Made by a program: the position numbers and the translations under genes | Shown here: one piece after another, positions 1 to 9,064 of the stretch | Layout of the letters: each line of letters opens with the position of its first letter | How positions within the stretch are numbered: position 1 is the stretch's first letter | NCBI GenBank assembly: GCA_963668025.2 | Contig: CAXXTH010000017.1 | Span: 1,504,001-1,568,000 of the forward strand | Length of the DNA stretch: 64,000 nucleotides | Direction of reading: 5' to 3' | From: Candidatus Hydrogenedentota bacterium | GTDB lineage: Bacteria > Hydrogenedentota > Hydrogenedentia > Hydrogenedentales > SLHB01 | Notes under the pieces: generated by a model | What the model was told of the DNA's origin: nothing | Database searches by the model: none | What the model saw: the letters and a program-made list of their open reading frames with translations, nothing else

Positions 1-311
1 TCCTCAAAATAGCCGGCCAGGTCATTGAACATGACATCCAGCCGCCCGCCCATTTCGCCCGCCGCGATGGTCTCCACGAAATACACGGGGAAATACGCCG
101 ACTCCGCGCGCACCGCGTCGGTTAGCGTCGAACCGCCTTTAATTGCTTCTTGCATGCGTTCGAGCGAATGGCTGGCCTGCGAGAAGTGCAGCTTGCCGCG
201 CACCAAGCTCAAGGCCTGGATAATAGGGATGCCCGCATCATACGCCGTGGCCAATTGCCGGCATAGCACCACAAGCTGTTTAAGCGGTATTTGGGATGAA
301 AACAGTCCCAT
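1..311 (-). CDS. Type II secretion F / PilC family platform protein, 5' part (runs off window start)
   Basis: Manual translation from ATG at 311: MGLFSSQIPLKQLVVLCRQLATAYDAGIPIIQAL...IKGGSTLTDA...IAAGEMGGRLD, matching GspF/PilC motifs; AGGAAAGG upstream. Not in the ORF track. Confidence 0.85.
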   Translation of the reverse strand, partial: MGLFSSQIPLKQLVVLCRQLATAYDAGIPIIQALSLVRGKLHFSQASHSLERMQEAIKGGSTLTDAVRAESAYFPVYFVETIAAGEMGGRLDVMFNDLAGYFE

Positions 312-427
312 GTCCGCCACCGCCTTTCCTGGATTTGAACCTATACACTCGATGAGGCGCTCAAGTCGCAAATTCTACCAAAGATATATCAAAATGGCCA
401 ACAAACCTAGAATTCATGTATGTGGCC

Positions 428-450
428 GTAGCATGGGCGTCCCGCCCATG
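428..450. repeat. GTAG-type REP palindrome
   Basis: GTAGCATGGGCGTCCCGCCCATG; the family recurs at 4601, 7181, 11930, 16697 and 48244. Confidence 0.8.
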
Positions 451-485
451 CCACAAATCGCCACATGCCATTGCTATAGCCGTTT

Positions 486-1611
486 CTAGAACAACCGCAA
501 CACGGCGCACGCCAAATAGGCGGTTTCGGGCATGGCCAGCAACACCGGGTGGTCGGGAGCGGCCCCATACAGGCCAAGCATCTGCGCTTCCCGTTGGGCG
601 GTGCGGGCCGCCCGTTTTAATGTCTCGAGAAAATCTTCGCTACTGATAAAGTGGGAACAACAGGAAGCCACAAGATAGCCGCCGGGTGCTACGGCGCGCA
701 TGGCTGCTTCATGCAGCGCTTGGTGCAGCCCCATGGCGCGCGTGCGTTGGGTGCGGCTCTTGGCCAGCGCAGGCGGATCCACCAGCACGATATCGTATTG
801 TTCTCCGCGCGCCAGAACGGCCGCCGCGTCGGCGCACTCGAAACGGCAGCGCGCCTCCACGCCATTCAGGGCCGCATGTTTGCTGGCGGCTTCGATGGCA
901 GGCTGGGATGTATCCACGCCCAGCACGGATTCCGCGCCCGCCTGGGCGGCGCGGCAGCTCCACATGCCGGCGTGGCAATGGCAATCCAGCACCCGCGCAC
1001 CTGGCGCCAGCGTGTCCATTAAGCGGATGTTCACCCGCTGGTCGAGAAACAGCCCGGTCTTCTGGCCATGCTCGATGTCCACGGAAACCCGCAGGCCATC
1101 GAACAGGCACTCCACGGGGCTTGTGGCGCATCCGAAGCATTGCTCCGCGCCGCGCACCTGGAGCCGGACGCCTTCAACGCCTTCGTATTGCAGGAAGGCC
1201 TGGGCAAGCGCTTCGGCGTGGCCCGAATAAAATGCGCACGAAGACTGCACATTCACCACGGACCCATACCGGTCGGCCACTAGGCCGGGCAGTTCGTCGC
1301 TTTCTCCAAATACCCACCGGTATGTATGTTCACCGGGAAACAGCCGCTCGCGGAGTTTCAACGCTGTTTCGACGCGCCGGGCTAGGAATGGGGCGTCCAG
1401 CTCTTCCTGCCGCCGAGACAGAATGCGCACGGCGATCCCGCCTTCGGCCTGGTAGAATCCCCCGGGCCACAAACCGGCCCCGTTCCGCGAATACGTCCAC
1501 GGGCTGGCCGTCCTCAAGGTCCGGCAGCGCCTCGAATTCATTCCGGTAAGCCCATAAATGGCCGCGCAGCAGGCGGCGATCTTCTTTTGGATGGAGTGTG
1601 ATGCGTTTCAT
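486..1611 (-). pseudogene. rlmI: RlmI-like class I SAM-dependent rRNA methyltransferase, split by a 1-bp frameshift (or sequencing error)
   Basis: PUA N-terminus MKRITLHPKEDRRLLRGHLWAY is in one frame; the remainder (LPGLVADRYG, GQKTGLFLDQR, DIVLVDPPAL) is in another. The switch is at the C5 run 1459-1463. Confidence 0.8.
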
Positions 1612-1745
1612 GCGGAGTAGTGTACACGATGGGCAGGACGAAACGGTAAGACTATGCGCTTGCCCGCAGTTGGATGGAAGGCATCGTTTGCGTTTCTGTG
1701 TGGAGCTATTTCTTTCGGCTCCTTGAATTCGGTACAATCCCGCCT

Positions 1746-3101
1746 ATGCCTATGATGGAACAACCCCAGATTTTGACGGTCAGCCAGTTGACGCGGCGCG
1801 TCAAGGATTTGCTCGAGACCGAAGTGAACCACACGTGGGTTTCGGGCGAGATCTCGAATTGGCGGGTTTCGCCCGCCGGGCATGCGTATTTCACCCTCAA
1901 GGACCAGGACAGCCAGATTGACGCCGTCATGTTTCGCGGGCGGATCATGAAGCTCCAATGCAAGCCCGAGAATGGCCTCGAAGTGGTTGTCTTCGGGCTG
2001 GTTACGGTCTACGAGAAGCGGGGCAATTACCAGATCGTGTGCGACGAGATGCAGCCGAAAGGCCTCGGGGCGCTCCAACTCGCCTTCGAGAAGCTCAAGC
2101 GCAAACTCGAAGCGGAGGGCTTGTTCAGCGAGGAGCACAAAAAGCCTTTACCGATGCTGCCCCGGCGCATCGGTATCGTGACATCGCCCACTGGAGCCGC
2201 CATCCGCGATATCTTGAATGTCTTGTCGCGGCGCTTCGCCAATCTGCATGTCATTCTCTATCCGGCGCGGGTGCAAGGCGAGGAAGCGGCTGGGGAGATC
2301 GTCGAGGGCATCCGGGCGCTCGATGCGATGGACGTCGATGTCATGATCATCGGGCGCGGCGGCGGCTCCCTCGAAGACCTATGGCCTTTTAATATGGAAA
2401 GTGTCGTGCGCGCGGTCTACGAGGCGAAAACACCCATCATCTCCGCCGTGGGCCACGAGATTGATTTCACCCTTACGGATTTTGCCGCTGATCTGCGCGC
2501 TCCGACGCCTTCGGCGGCGGCGGAATTGGTCGTGCAGGAACAAGAGGCCCTGCTTAAGCGCGTGGCCCAGACGCGCCGCGCCCTCGCCAAAGCCGTCGAG
2601 GGGCGGCTGCTTCAGGTGAAAAACCGCCTGGCCCTTGCGCAATCGAGCTACGTGTTCCGCCGCCCCGAGGAGCTGGTCCGCCAGCGCCGCCAGTGCGCGG
2701 ATGACCTGCGCATGCGCTTGGACGCCTGCATGGCCCAGCGCCTCACCCGCGCCCAAGCGCGGGTGAGCCAGTCGGCGCGGGCATTGGCGCTGTTGTCGCC
2801 CGCCGCGATGGTGCGTCGCACGCAGGAACGCCTCGCCGCCCTGGGTGAACGCCTGTTGCGTTCCGCCCGAAACGAAGTTGAACGCCAGCGCGCCCGGTTG
2901 CGGCCTGTTGAAGCCCAACTCGATGCGCTTAGCCCCCTGGCCGTGCTGTCGCGCGGCTACGCCCTTGCGCGCAAGGTTTCCGATGGAGCCATTGTGCGCC
3001 AGGCATCCCAACTTGCACCCCACGACCGGCTTTTGCTGCGATTCGGCCAAGGCAGCGCCATCGCCGCCGTCGAAACCATAGAGGAAAACGGCCATGCCTG
3101 A
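1746..3101 (+). CDS. xseA: Exodeoxyribonuclease VII large subunit
   Basis: GEISN, GHAYFTLKD, IGIVTSPTGAAIRDI, GRGGGSLEDLWPFN, SAVGHEIDFT, APTPSAAAE motifs; start could be 1746-1755. Confidence 0.96.
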   Translation: MPMMEQPQILTVSQLTRRVKDLLETEVNHTWVSGEISNWRVSPAGHAYFTLKDQDSQIDAVMFRGRIMKLQCKPENGLEVVVFGLVTVYEKRGNYQIVCDEMQPKGLGALQLAFEKLKRKLEAEGLFSEEHKKPLPMLPRRIGIVTSPTGAAIRDILNVLSRRFANLHVILYPARVQGEEAAGEIVEGIRALDAMDVDVMIIGRGGGSLEDLWPFNMESVVRAVYEAKTPIISAVGHEIDFTLTDFAADLRAPTPSAAAELVVQEQEALLKRVAQTRRALAKAVEGRLLQVKNRLALAQSSYVFRRPEELVRQRRQCADDLRMRLDACMAQRLTRAQARVSQSARALALLSPAAMVRRTQERLAALGERLLRSARNEVERQRARLRPVEAQLDALSPLAVLSRGYALARKVSDGAIVRQASQLAPHDRLLLRFGQGSAIAAVETIEENGHA

Positions 3102-3450
3102 ACAGCCCAGTTTTGAGAAAGATTTGGAACAGCTCGAACAGATCGTGGAGGCCCTCGAAGAGGGCCAGCTCTCGCTCGATGACTCGCTCAAGAAATTCGA
3201 GGAAGGCATCCGCCTCACCAAGCGATGCGAAAAAGCCCTCGCGCAAGCGGAAAAGAAAATCGAGATCCTGACGAAGAACGAGCAAGGGGAATTAGTGGTG
3301 GAGCCTTTCGGGGAAGAAGCAATAGAAGAGACAGCCGCCGCCGAGTCGAAGCCCAAGCCCGCCGCCAAAAAGAAAGCAGCGCCTGAGCCGTTGAAAGAAG
3401 CGGAAGACGAGAAGGAAGAAGAAGATACGGAAGGGGAATTGCTGTTTTGA
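3094..3450 (+). CDS. xseB: Exodeoxyribonuclease VII small subunit with acidic C-terminal extension
   Basis: SFEKDLEQLEQIVEALEEGQLSLDDSLKKFEEGIRL; overlaps the xseA end. Confidence 0.95.
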   Translation: MPEQPSFEKDLEQLEQIVEALEEGQLSLDDSLKKFEEGIRLTKRCEKALAQAEKKIEILTKNEQGELVVEPFGEEAIEETAAAESKPKPAAKKKAAPEPLKEAEDEKEEEDTEGELLF

Positions 3451-3452
3451 TT

Positions 3453-3615
3453 TTTTCAACACAAAGACACGAAGGCGCCAGGAGCGCTGGGCGCGGCAGT
3501 TGGTTTATGATTTGAAATCAGAAAAAATCTATTTAAATTTAAACTTATATATTTTCCTATTTAAACAAATAAGCTTCTTATACTTCTTTGTGCCTTAGTG
3601 TCTTTGTGTTGAAAA
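3453..3615. repeat. Intergenic element with 24-bp inverted repeats and AT-rich core (MITE-like)
   Basis: TTTTCAACACAAAGACACGAAGGC (3453-3476) and GCCTTAGTGTCTTTGTGTTGAAAA (3592-3615), 23/24 complementary. Confidence 0.7.
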
Positions 3616-3639
3616 GAAAAAGCCAGGAGCGCCGCCGCA

Positions 3640-4506
3640 ATGAGCATGGTATCCCAATTTCTCGCCATTAAATCGGCCCGCACGGAGCAGGCCTTGCATG
3701 CCTATCTCGACACGTGGACGGGTGCGCCAGAACGGCTGCGGGAAGCCGCCGCGTATAGCCTGTTCGCGGGCGGGAAGCGGCTGCGTCCGGCCCTCGTGCT
3801 GGGTGCGGCGGAAATCGTCTCGGGCGATAGCGCCGTGGCTTTGCCTGCGGCGTGCGCCATCGAGATGATACACACTTATTCGCTCATCCACGACGACTTG
3901 CCCGCCATGGACAACGACGTGCTGCGGCGGGGGCGGCCCACGTCGCACATCCAGTTTGGCGAAGCCTTGGCCATTCTTGCGGGCGACGCCCTGCTCACCA
4001 TGGCGTTCGATATTTGTGCCGAGACCGGCCGGGCGGATGTGGTGGCCGAACTGGCGCGGGCGGCGGGCGCGGCGGGCATGGTGGGCGGCCAGGTGATAGA
4101 CCTGCAAAGCGAGAACCAGCAGCTTACCCTCGATGAGCTTCGCCGGCTCCATGCCTGCAAGACCGGCGCGCTGATCCGCGTATCGGTGCGCATGGGGGCC
4201 ATGCTCGCCGGGGCCAGCAGCGAAGCGCTGGCGTCCCTTACCGCTTACGGTGAGCACATCGGCCTGGCGTTCCAGATCGCGGATGACATTCTCGATGTAG
4301 TGGGCGACACGAAAACACTCGGCAAAACTGTCGGCAGCGACGCCGCCCATCATAAATCCACCTACCCGGCGCTGTTGGGCCTCGACCGTTCGCGCGAACT
4401 CGCCCGCGAAGCCGTGGATGGCGCTATCGCCAATCTCGCGGCTTTCGGAGATGACGCCAACACCTTCCGTGAACTCGCCCGTTTCATCATCGAGCGGGAG
4501 TCATGA
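3640..4506 (+). CDS. ispA: Polyprenyl (farnesyl/geranylgeranyl) diphosphate synthase
   Basis: GGKRLRP, HTYSLIHDDLPAMDND, RRGRPT, FQIADDILD motifs; xseA-xseB-ispA synteny. Confidence 0.93.
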   Translation: MSMVSQFLAIKSARTEQALHAYLDTWTGAPERLREAAAYSLFAGGKRLRPALVLGAAEIVSGDSAVALPAACAIEMIHTYSLIHDDLPAMDNDVLRRGRPTSHIQFGEALAILAGDALLTMAFDICAETGRADVVAELARAAGAAGMVGGQVIDLQSENQQLTLDELRRLHACKTGALIRVSVRMGAMLAGASSEALASLTAYGEHIGLAFQIADDILDVVGDTKTLGKTVGSDAAHHKSTYPALLGLDRSRELAREAVDGAIANLAAFGDDANTFRELARFIIERES

Positions 4507-4600
4507 TGGGTGCATCATATAGCGCAAGTGGTATTTACGCGTGGATTCTCACGGCGTTCCTGTGAGAAACACGTTCAAGCGTTTCAGAATAGCTCCCTCC

Positions 4601-4627
4601 GTAGCATGGGCGGGACGCCCATGCTAC
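4601..4627. repeat. GTAG-type REP palindrome
   Basis: GTAGCATGGGCGGGACGCCCATGCTAC between convergent genes. Confidence 0.8.
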
Positions 4628-4669
4628 GAGGAAAATCCGTTTGCTTCGATTCATCCAGTCTTGAACGCG

Positions 4670-5371
4670 CTAATATGTGAGCGTGAACTGATACGTTACT
4701 CGGACCTTCGCCCGGCATTGGAGTTTACCGAGTGATGGCGCGTCGCCGTCCCAGTCTTCTTCGGTGTTCCATTCCACGGACTGAATATTCACATCGCATA
4801 CGGCGATAATATGTCCCGGCATAATATCCGCAGCCGCCTTGGCGAGGCCGTAGGCATTCTCGATGGCTTTCGCCACGGTGGCGTACTCTGTGGCGGTAGC
4901 GTCGGCGGGATACAAACGCGGACCGGATAAGGCGCAAGGAATGGCTTCTGAGATAGCGCGCATCTGGTCGCATAACGTGGCAAAATGCATTTGCCCGTTT
5001 TCTTCCACCACATACCGTGCGGATTTGAACGCCACTTTGGCGGTAGTCTGTACGTTGGGAAGTGAGGCCGGCTGTATATTGCTTTCGGGCGCAATCGATG
5101 GGGGAGAATACTGCACGTGCAGAGGCGCTAATTCCTGCTCCGTCAAAGCCTCTCCTACCCGGGCGTTGAAAGTGGAGGCCATTTCGACGGCGGCATACGC
5201 CGTATCGGCGGCGGCGTTCTGCTCGAGTATGAATTCCACTGTATCCGCAGTCGTTTCCAAGGCGGCTTCACCAGTGCATTGGATGGTTTGGATGGGCTTT
5301 GCGTCTTGCGCCGTGGCTTGTACGCCAGCCAGCAAGCAGGCCGCTATGATGATGTAGGCCGGTGTTCGCAT
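4670..5371 (-). CDS. SIMPL (DUF541)-like periplasmic protein
   Basis: Signal peptide (ATA-Q), TIQCTGEA...AD N-terminus, AKAIENAYGLAKAAA helix, C-terminal AKVRVTYQF; GAGGAG RBS. Confidence 0.7.
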   Translation of the reverse strand: MRTPAYIIIAACLLAGVQATAQDAKPIQTIQCTGEAALETTADTVEFILEQNAAADTAYAAVEMASTFNARVGEALTEQELAPLHVQYSPPSIAPESNIQPASLPNVQTTAKVAFKSARYVVEENGQMHFATLCDQMRAISEAIPCALSGPRLYPADATATEYATVAKAIENAYGLAKAAADIMPGHIIAVCDVNIQSVEWNTEEDWDGDAPSLGKLQCRAKVRVTYQFTLTY

Positions 5372-5541
5372 GGGTATTGCACTCCTCACTGTTGTCCCAT
5401 CGGGGCCAGGGATTTCAGCGCAAATAGTACCATGGACATGGGAATGAAAGGAATACGCGCGGTGGAGGCAATACGCGCGGTGGAGGCGGAGCTCCGCCCC
5501 TCTTCATGCACACGTATCCTGTTTATCCGGTGAATAGAGCC

Positions 5542-5570
5542 TTGACAAAACAGTTCTTGTGGTATACAGT
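5542..5570 (+). promoter_or_regulatory. Sigma-70-type promoter
   Basis: TTGACA-17 bp-TACAGT upstream of the radical SAM gene. Confidence 0.55.
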
Positions 5571-5691
5571 ATACGTATGAACTGATGAGGGTTGCGCAAA
5601 TCTCTTGCCTTCAAGCATACGCAAGGAGGGATAACGCAAACCAATAAGTTCATATATATGCAGTATATAAAAGAACATAAGGAGCGGCGCT

Positions 5692-7086
5692 ATGGATATT
5701 CTGCTTATCGCCCCGGCATCGGGGCATTGGCGGCTGGCGGATAAGGCCCGGTTGTTCAATGGCAAAACGTTTCGATTTTCCATGTTATCCTTACTGACGG
5801 TCGCCCGGCTTTCTCCGCCGGACGCCCATATCCGCATCGTGGACGAGCAAGTCGAGGAAGTGCCGCTGGACGCCCACGCGGATTTGGTGGGCATTACGTG
5901 CATGACCGCCACCGCACCACGAGCATATGAACTGGCGGCCCATTTCCAGCGCCGAGGCATTCCTGTGGTATTGGGCGGATTTCATCCCACCTTGAACACC
6001 GCCGAAGCGCTGGAACACGCGGACGCCGTGGTGGCAGGGCCCGCCTATGGGGCGTGGGAGCACGCCTTGGCCGATTGGGAAGCGGGCCAACTGGGCCGGG
6101 TATATCATGGAAACCCGGATGGCCCCTATCCGGTGCATTTGCCTCGCCATTTGCTGGCGTCCACTTCCGCCTATCTAACCGTCAACGCCACCTTCGCGAC
6201 CTTGGGGTGTGCGCGGGGATGCCGCTTCTGTTCCATCAGCGCCTTCCATCACGCCCAGCGCCGCCAGCGTCCCGTTGCCGATGTGGCGGAGGAGATCGCG
6301 GCGTTCCGGGAGCGGTTCTTTATATTCGTCGATGATGATTTGGCGCAGGACCGGCCATATGCCATGGCGTTGCTGAAGGAGCTCGCGCCGCTGCGGAAAC
6401 GCTGGGTCACGCAGGTATCCATGGACGCCGCGGAAGATCCGTCTCTGCTGGACGCCATGGCCGCCGCAGGGTGTATCGGCGTCTTTGTGGGGCTCGAGAC
6501 GTTCCAGGCCACGGCCTTGCAAGGGCAGGAAAAGTGCTATAACCAGCCCGAAACGTATGGAAAGGCCGTGGCTGCATTCCATCGCAGGGGGATGTATGTC
6601 GAGGCGGGGGTGGTATTCGGATTCGATGGAGAACACCCCACGGTTTTCCGCGAGACATTGTGTATGTTAAACGCCATCGGAATCGACGCCATCCAAGCAT
6701 CGATTCTAACGCCTCTGCCAGGCACGCCGCTCTTCGAGAGCAAAAAACACCGGATTGTGGACTGGGATTGGTCGCATTATGATTACCGCCATGCCGTTTT
6801 CGAGCCCGATGGACCCATATCGCGCCAAGAGTTGCAGGATGGCGCCGATTGGGTGATCCGGCAGTATTACCGCCCTGGGCGCATCATCCGGCGTTTATGT
6901 CGGTGGTTATGCATGCCGGGCGGCTGGCGTACATGCTGGTATCCGTTGGGACTCAATGCAGCTTATTGGGGCCGTGTCATCCGCTTCCGCATCATGGGCG
7001 GCGATCCCGCAGGCCATCTGGCAGCGCCGAGTCCCGTGACAGTTCAACCGGCGTTGAGCGTGTGTGACCACGGGAAATGTCCGTGA
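5692..7086 (+). CDS. B12-binding domain radical SAM protein
   Basis: DLVGITCMT...PVVLGGFHPT cobalamin-binding N-terminus; CxxxCxxC (CARGCRFC); VGLET and TPLPGTPL motifs. Confidence 0.9.
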   Translation: MDILLIAPASGHWRLADKARLFNGKTFRFSMLSLLTVARLSPPDAHIRIVDEQVEEVPLDAHADLVGITCMTATAPRAYELAAHFQRRGIPVVLGGFHPTLNTAEALEHADAVVAGPAYGAWEHALADWEAGQLGRVYHGNPDGPYPVHLPRHLLASTSAYLTVNATFATLGCARGCRFCSISAFHHAQRRQRPVADVAEEIAAFRERFFIFVDDDLAQDRPYAMALLKELAPLRKRWVTQVSMDAAEDPSLLDAMAAAGCIGVFVGLETFQATALQGQEKCYNQPETYGKAVAAFHRRGMYVEAGVVFGFDGEHPTVFRETLCMLNAIGIDAIQASILTPLPGTPLFESKKHRIVDWDWSHYDYRHAVFEPDGPISRQELQDGADWVIRQYYRPGRIIRRLCRWLCMPGGWRTCWYPLGLNAAYWGRVIRFRIMGGDPAGHLAAPSPVTVQPALSVCDHGKCP

Positions 7087-7180
7087 TCCCAGGATAGGAG
7101 CGAAACCGGCATTGCTCGAAGCCGCTAAAAAAGGATTTGAGCATGGGAAAATGTGCGATATATATTCTTTTCTGTTACTC

Positions 7181-7204
7181 GTGGCATGGGCGTCCCGCCC
7201 ATAC
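7181..7204. repeat. GTGG variant REP
   Basis: GTGGCATGGGCGTCCCGCCCATAC. Confidence 0.7.
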
Positions 7205-7387
7205 CATGAGAGTTGTTCTTCAATCAAATGGTTAGAACAATGACGACGCCATAGTGGCAATCATTGTTTTGATTACTCGGTATTTTCATGCACGGGCAAG
7301 AATAACATCCCCATTATCCGATGAATAGGAATTGCGCTGTTTCCATTTTGTTTGTATGCTCCTGCCATTGGTTTTAAGGAGGCGGGG

Positions 7388-8968
7388 ATGGCGCTAGAGG
7401 CACCGAACAAAAAACGTTGGGGATTGTGGGGTTGCGCCGGGCTGTTTCTGCTCTTCGCCTGGCCGGTCCATTACGTCCCCTTTAATTATCCCGCCGACGA
7501 TTCTTTTTTCTATCTTCAAGTGGCCCGGAATATCGCGGCCGGGCACGGCAGCACGTTCAACGAAATTACACGCACCAATGGGTATCACCCGTTGTGGATG
7601 CTGTGCTGCATCACGGCGACGGTGTTGAGTGGCGGGCATCGGGAATGGACGATTCACGTGGTTTTTCTGTTCCAGCAAGCTTGCGCGGCGGGCATTCTGC
7701 TGCTGGCGGCGGGGACGTTGCGCCGCATGGGCGTCCAGCGGGTTTTGCCCGCGCTGGCGGTGCTGTCGGCCTATTTTTTGTCTGGGATGTACGCCTCCGA
7801 GGCGCATATCAATGGGCTTCTGGTGGTGCTGCTGGCCTATGGGGCTGCATTTGTTTTCGTGGGCGGCGCGTCCCGCGTGCGGCTTTGGCTATTCGGGCTG
7901 GCGGGGAGCCTTGCGTTTTTGGCGCGGCTCGATAACGTTTTCTTGGTGGGAGTGGCGTTGCTGGCCGCATGGGCGGCGCAAGGGCGTAGAAACATGCGGG
8001 CATGGCTTCTAGATGGCCTTGCGCTGGCGGGGCCTTGCGCTGGGCTGGCGCTGGCGTATTTAGCGTATAACCTGTGGGCCTTTGGCCATGCCGCGCCGAT
8101 CAGCGGAGCCATCAAAAGTACATTTCCACATATGACGTGGAATCCCACCGGACTGGGCTTTCTGGGCGCTGTCACGTGTTTGGCCGCGCTGGCAAGCCTT
8201 GCGGCGGCAGGGGCTGGGCTGTGCATGGGTATCCAGCGTCGCGTGCTGGCGGCGTTGTCGCTGGGCGTGTTGTTGCATGCGGCGTACACCGTGGCCTTCA
8301 CGGACCATGCGACTAATTGGACGTGGTATTACGTACCGGGGGTGATTCAATTGGCCCTGGCGTTCTCCATATACGGGGAAGCATTGGGCGCCAGGAAAGG
8401 GCGGGCGTTTTGGGCATGCTTGGCGGCTTGTGCGGTGTTGATGCTGGCCGTGGGGCTCGAACGCACTTGGATGCGCGCCATCAGCCCCAACACTCTGGGT
8501 TTCACTAGCCTGGGCTTTTCCCTCCATGCAGAGAGGAAGCAATTGTGGAAAAATGAACTGGCGGAATGGATTCAAGCGAATTTGCCGCCGGGCAGCCGCA
8601 TGGCGGTGTACGATTCACCGGCGGTGATCGCTTACCGGACCGATGTGCAAATCCTTCCGACGGACGGCCTCATGGGCGATTACGCCTATAATGACGATAT
8701 TCTCGAATCCGGTTTTGCCGCGTATATGAAACAAAAAGGCGTCACCTATTGGATGGGGCCAGATTTGGACGATGGAGCGGCGTTTGCAGGTTTATGCTGT
8801 CGCTTCACCGGCTTGCCGAATGCCATCGAAATCGAGGTGGTGACGCCGCTTGATGGGAAAAGTGCGGGCCTGTTTCATGTGTCCCGCCAGGCCCGGCTTG
8901 CGAATCTGCGGGAGGTTCTCACGCATTCCTATCCGCCCAATTGGGGAATCTGGCGGCTGCAAGATTGA
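7388..8968 (+). CDS. Polytopic membrane protein, probable GT-C fold glycosyltransferase
   Basis: First loop DDSFFYLQVARNIAAGHG...TNGYHPLW, many TM helices, LARLD motif, periplasmic C-terminal domain with DGL. Confidence 0.65.
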   Translation: MALEAPNKKRWGLWGCAGLFLLFAWPVHYVPFNYPADDSFFYLQVARNIAAGHGSTFNEITRTNGYHPLWMLCCITATVLSGGHREWTIHVVFLFQQACAAGILLLAAGTLRRMGVQRVLPALAVLSAYFLSGMYASEAHINGLLVVLLAYGAAFVFVGGASRVRLWLFGLAGSLAFLARLDNVFLVGVALLAAWAAQGRRNMRAWLLDGLALAGPCAGLALAYLAYNLWAFGHAAPISGAIKSTFPHMTWNPTGLGFLGAVTCLAALASLAAAGAGLCMGIQRRVLAALSLGVLLHAAYTVAFTDHATNWTWYYVPGVIQLALAFSIYGEALGARKGRAFWACLAACAVLMLAVGLERTWMRAISPNTLGFTSLGFSLHAERKQLWKNELAEWIQANLPPGSRMAVYDSPAVIAYRTDVQILPTDGLMGDYAYNDDILESGFAAYMKQKGVTYWMGPDLDDGAAFAGLCCRFTGLPNAIEIEVVTPLDGKSAGLFHVSRQARLANLREVLTHSYPPNWGIWRLQD

Positions 8969-9064
8969 GTAGGTGCAGCATTGTCCATATTCATGTTTGT
9001 ATGTATACGTTTTTGCATGCTTTCATTGCGAGGACTGTTTTCAACTCAAAGTGAGGAAATTGAT

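Noticed and set aside
5452-5487. 18-bp tandem duplication AATACGCGCGGTGGAGGC
   Set aside because: Two units only, next to a REP-like palindrome; likely local slippage.
5582-5650. CTGATGA as a hammerhead ribozyme core
   Set aside because: No GAAA after the stem and no three-way junction.
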